Source of the DNA: an uncultured virus (IMG/VR IMGVR_UViG_3300020469_000033)
Lineage: Duplodnaviria; Heunggongvirae; Uroviricota; Caudoviricetes
Virus record (IMG/VR): IMGVR_UViG_3300020469_000033
Span: 55,253 to 75,252 of that record
DNA length: 20,000 nucleotides
Strand: one strand, 5' to 3'
Positions within the stretch are counted from its first letter, which is position 1. Every line of letters starts with the position of its first letter. Positions 17,308-20,000 of this stretch are shown here, one piece after another. The translations under genes were made by a program, and so were the position numbers. Below the pieces are notes generated by a model. That model was not told the DNA's origin. It was given only the letters and a program-made list of their open reading frames with translations, and ran no database searches.

Positions 17308-17718
17308 ATGGAAGTTCTCGAATATCTCAAAAATCATTTAAAAACTGATATTGCACCATCTCCCATAGACGGAATTGGTACATTTGCACTAACTGATATT
17401 AAAGTTGGTGAACCAGTTTTTTGGTTATGGCCCAATGAAAGTAGGATTTATACGATTGATAAAAGTGAGTTCGAAGAACTTCCAGACTTTACTAAAAAAT
17501 TAATTTTAAAATCATATCTTAATAAACCTGAATATCCTCTTATTTGGTTTAGATTATTTAAAGATTGTTATTTTAATTTAGCAAACCCATTAGTTTATAC
17601 AAATACAGCTGAAAAAGATGGTAACTTTGATTCGATGAAAAGGGTAGCAATAAAACCCATAAAAGCTGGGGATGAAATTTTAGGAACTTATAATTTAAAC
17701 GATACAATATTAAAATGA
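17308..17718 (+). CDS. SET-domain protein (putative lysine methyltransferase, variant NHS motif)
   Basis: 136 aa. SPIDGIGTFALTDIKVGE (SET-N), YTNTAEKDGN (in place of INHSCxPN), AIKPIKAGDEILGTY (SET-C with terminal Tyr). Confidence 0.8.
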   Translation: MEVLEYLKNHLKTDIAPSPIDGIGTFALTDIKVGEPVFWLWPNESRIYTIDKSEFEELPDFTKKLILKSYLNKPEYPLIWFRLFKDCYFNLANPLVYTNTAEKDGNFDSMKRVAIKPIKAGDEILGTYNLNDTILK

Positions 17719-18026
17719 CATTTGATGAATTGATTGATAACATCACCCAATGGGCTGATGATAAGGGAATACTTGTTTCTGATAATATACCACAACAAAC
17801 TATGAAAGTTATGGAAGAGTTGGGTGAAACAGCAGGAGCAATTTTAAAAAATAAAAAGACAGATGAGGTCATCGATGGGATAGGTGATATCTTAGTAACA
17901 GTTATAATTTTGAGTAAACAATTAGGTTTAGACCCTACCAAATGTTTGGAATCGGCATGGAATGAAATCAAAGATAGGAAAGGTAAAACAGTAAACGGTA
18001 CATTTATAAAACAAGAAGAACTATGA
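17715..18026 (+). CDS. MazG-like NTP pyrophosphohydrolase
   Basis: 103 aa. MEELGE ... IDGIGDILV acidic motifs; AWNEIKDRKGK..NGTFIK tail. ATGA overlaps on both sides. Confidence 0.88.
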   Translation: MTFDELIDNITQWADDKGILVSDNIPQQTMKVMEELGETAGAILKNKKTDEVIDGIGDILVTVIILSKQLGLDPTKCLESAWNEIKDRKGKTVNGTFIKQEEL

Positions 18027-19300
18027 GTAACTTTGTAGATACAACAGCGGAAAACGTAAGATTCGTAATTAAGAGAAATGGTGAAAAAGTTTCATTTGAA
18101 TTAAGTAAAATGAAAAGTGCAATTACCAAAGCTATGGAAAGCATCGATAAGGTAGATGTAGAAATGGTTGAAAAGATTGCAAATAGTAGTGAAATATCTA
18201 TTTATAGAAATCCAAATCATATCCCTCATGTAGATGAGATTCACGATATAGTGGAAAACAAACTAATGGATAGTGGTTTAAATGATGTAGCAAAAGAATA
18301 CATCATCTATCGTTCAAAACACCAACCAAATATATTTAAGAAAAGAGTAAATCTTAAACCTTACGAATATCCTCAGTTAGTAGAATATGTTGATGCTATT
18401 AGACACTCATATTGGGTTCATACTGAATTTAACTTTATTTCAGATGTACAAGATTTCAAAGTACATTTAAGTGATAAAGAAAGAACTTCAGTTACAAGAG
18501 CAATGTTGGCAATCTCACAAATTGAAATCGCTGTTAAATCATTTTGGGGAGATATCTACAAAAAAATGCCAAAACCTGAGATTGGAGCAGTTGGTGCAAC
18601 TTTCGCTGAATCGGAAGTTAGACATGCTGATGCATATTCCAACCTAATTCAAGTATTAGGATTAAACTCAGAGTTTGAAAATCTTTTACAGGTACCAGGT
18701 ATCAGAAAAAGAATTAAATATTTAGATAAAACAATAAATGCAAGTAGAGCAGTTGAAAATAAAGATTACTTTGAATCAGTTGTTCTATTTTCAATGTTTA
18801 TCGAAAATGTATCGTTGTTCTCACAATTTTTAGTTATTATGTCTTTCAACAAATACAAAAATGTATTGAAAGGTACTAGTAATGCAGTTGAGGCAACATC
18901 AAAAGAAGAAAAGATTCATGCAGAATTTGGATTTGATTTAGTAAATACAATCAAAAAAGAAAATCCAACTTGGTGGACTGATGAATTAAAAGAAGATTTA
19001 ATTGATGCAACTTTAGATGCATATGATGCAGAAGCAGATATAGTTGAATGGATTTTTGAAGAAGGAGATTTAGATTTCCTAACTAAACAACAAACTTTAG
19101 AATTCATTAAACATAGATTTAACGAATCATTAAATGCTATTGGGATTGATGGTGTATTTAGTGTAGATGATAAAATATTAGAAACTACTGAGTGGTTTGA
19201 TGATGAAATTCTAACTACAAAACACACTGATTTCTTTAATAAAAGAAGTATTAATTATAGTAAAAAACAAAAGTCAATCACAGAAGATGACTTATTTTAA
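18023..19300 (+). CDS. nrdB: Class I ribonucleotide reductase small subunit with N-terminal ATP-cone (class Id/NrdBi-like)
   Basis: 425 aa. VIKRNGEKVSFELSKMKSAITKA...VDEIHDIVENKLM...VAKEYIIYR is an ATP-cone. Ferritin-like ligands QIEIAVK, EVRHADAY, IENVSLF and EEKIH follow, with a C-terminal DFFNKRSINY. Confidence 0.93.
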   Translation: MSNFVDTTAENVRFVIKRNGEKVSFELSKMKSAITKAMESIDKVDVEMVEKIANSSEISIYRNPNHIPHVDEIHDIVENKLMDSGLNDVAKEYIIYRSKHQPNIFKKRVNLKPYEYPQLVEYVDAIRHSYWVHTEFNFISDVQDFKVHLSDKERTSVTRAMLAISQIEIAVKSFWGDIYKKMPKPEIGAVGATFAESEVRHADAYSNLIQVLGLNSEFENLLQVPGIRKRIKYLDKTINASRAVENKDYFESVVLFSMFIENVSLFSQFLVIMSFNKYKNVLKGTSNAVEATSKEEKIHAEFGFDLVNTIKKENPTWWTDELKEDLIDATLDAYDAEADIVEWIFEEGDLDFLTKQQTLEFIKHRFNESLNAIGIDGVFSVDDKILETTEWFDDEILTTKHTDFFNKRSINYSKKQKSITEDDLF

Positions 19301-19317
19301 AAAGTTATAGATAAATT

Positions 19318-20000
19318 ATGAACGATAGAAAACCCTTTGAGTGGATTAATGAAGAATCCATCACCTTTCTTAGAAGAGGATATCTAAGTGAAGGAGAAGA
19401 ACCCTTACAAAGAATTAAAATTATTGCAGACCATGCTGAGAAACTATTAGGAATCGATGGATTCGCTGATAAGTTTTATGGATATATGAGTAAAGGATGG
19501 TATTCTTTATCATCACCAGTTTGGGCAAACTTTGGTAAACAAAGGGGATTACCTGTTAGTTGTTTTGGTTCAAATATTGGAGATAATATCGAATCAATTC
19601 TTTTTACACAAGCTGAAGTTGGTGAAATGAGTAAAATGGGAGGTGGTACTTCTGGTTACTTTGGAAACCTAAGAGGTAGAGGGGCACCAATTACTGATAA
19701 TGGTCATGCACCAGGCGCTGTTCACTTTATGAACTTATTCCAAAGTGTTGTTGATAACATTTCACAAGGTTCAACTCGAAGAGGTAGATTCTCACCTTAC
19801 TTACCAATAGAACATCCAGATATTATGGAGTTCTTAGAAATTGGAACTGAAGGAGCTACAATCCAAGACTTAACTCATGCCGTAACTGTAACTGATGAGT
19901 TTATGGAATCTATGATTGCTGGTGATAAAGATAAAAGAGCTGCTTGGGCAAAGGTAATTCAAAGAAGAGGAGAAATAGGATATCCTTATATTATGTTCCA
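19318..20000 (+). CDS. nrdA: Class I ribonucleotide reductase large subunit, N-terminal part (runs off the window); no ATP-cone
   Basis: Hand translation from ATG 19318: MNDRKPFEWINEESITFLRRGYL...SLSSPVWANFGKQRGLPVSCFGS...SKMGGGTSGYFGNLRGRG...SQGSTRRG...HPDIMEFL...GYPYIMF, open to the window end. Confidence 0.93.
   Translation, partial: MNDRKPFEWINEESITFLRRGYLSEGEEPLQRIKIIADHAEKLLGIDGFADKFYGYMSKGWYSLSSPVWANFGKQRGLPVSCFGSNIGDNIESILFTQAEVGEMSKMGGGTSGYFGNLRGRGAPITDNGHAPGAVHFMNLFQSVVDNISQGSTRRGRFSPYLPIEHPDIMEFLEIGTEGATIQDLTHAVTVTDEFMESMIAGDKDKRAAWAKVIQRRGEIGYPYIMF

Larger units (their letters stand above)
1..20000 (+). mobile_element. Segment of a large tailed dsDNA bacteriophage genome (contractile-tail baseplate module plus T4-like replication and nucleotide-metabolism module), probable Bacteroidota host
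   Basis: Baseplate-type genes, gp32-like SSB, RecA/UvsX, gp41/DnaB-like helicase, stand-alone 5'-3' exonuclease, MazG and RNR are co-oriented and tightly packed. There is no cellular housekeeping context, and no integrase or att site is seen in the window. Confidence 0.92.

Noticed and set aside
18199..18268. TATTTATAG inside the nrdB ATP-cone sequence with an in-frame ATG at 18266, which could give a cone-less NrdB
   Set aside because: An AT-only 8-mer is expected by chance in this composition and it lacks the leading A of the intergenic copies. It cannot be supported without TSS data.
103..19227. All minus-strand ORFs in the supplied track (e.g. 103..618, 12876..13232, 17573..17971, 18916..19227, 16975..17166)
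   Set aside because: They are antisense shadows of well-supported + strand genes or AT-rich spacer, with no recognisable motifs.
1..20000. Stop-codon reassignment (seen in some large Bacteroidota phages)
   Set aside because: Genes are full-length in the standard code, and TAA, TGA (17718, 18026) and TAG (16932) all end genes at plausible positions.
1..20000. CRISPR array, tRNA/rRNA genes, introns or inteins in recA/dnaB/nrd
   Set aside because: No regularly spaced repeats or cloverleafs were seen by eye in the short intergenic gaps, and the proteins are of normal length without insertion-sized segments.

Overview
AT-rich, gene-dense segment of a large contractile-tailed (myovirus-like) bacteriophage genome, with all credible genes on the + strand. 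The host is most likely Bacteroidota/Flavobacteriia, inferred from repeated TTTG-N20-TATATTTG promoters, A/T-rich start regions mostly without an obvious Shine-Dalgarno, a Flavobacterium-type NrdB and a Bacteroidota-type Hc1 protein. Order: end of probable tape measure gene; tail-tube-initiator, LysM/wedge and hub baseplate genes; a highly reduced family A polymerase; a putative packaged PD-(D/E)xK nuclease; a YkuD-like cell-wall enzyme; an adhesin-like gene, two small paralogs and a flavin-dependent halogenase; ssb, recA, flap exonuclease and DnaB helicase; an unannotated Hc1 histone-like gene next to a SET-domain gene; MazG-like; ATP-cone-fused NrdB; start of NrdA. The most interesting items are the Hc1+SET pair, the thumbless PolA with a substituted steric gate that shares a 22-nt promoter sequence with the helicase, and the adhesin/halogenase cassette. 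All family calls come from motif recognition by eye; no database search was run.
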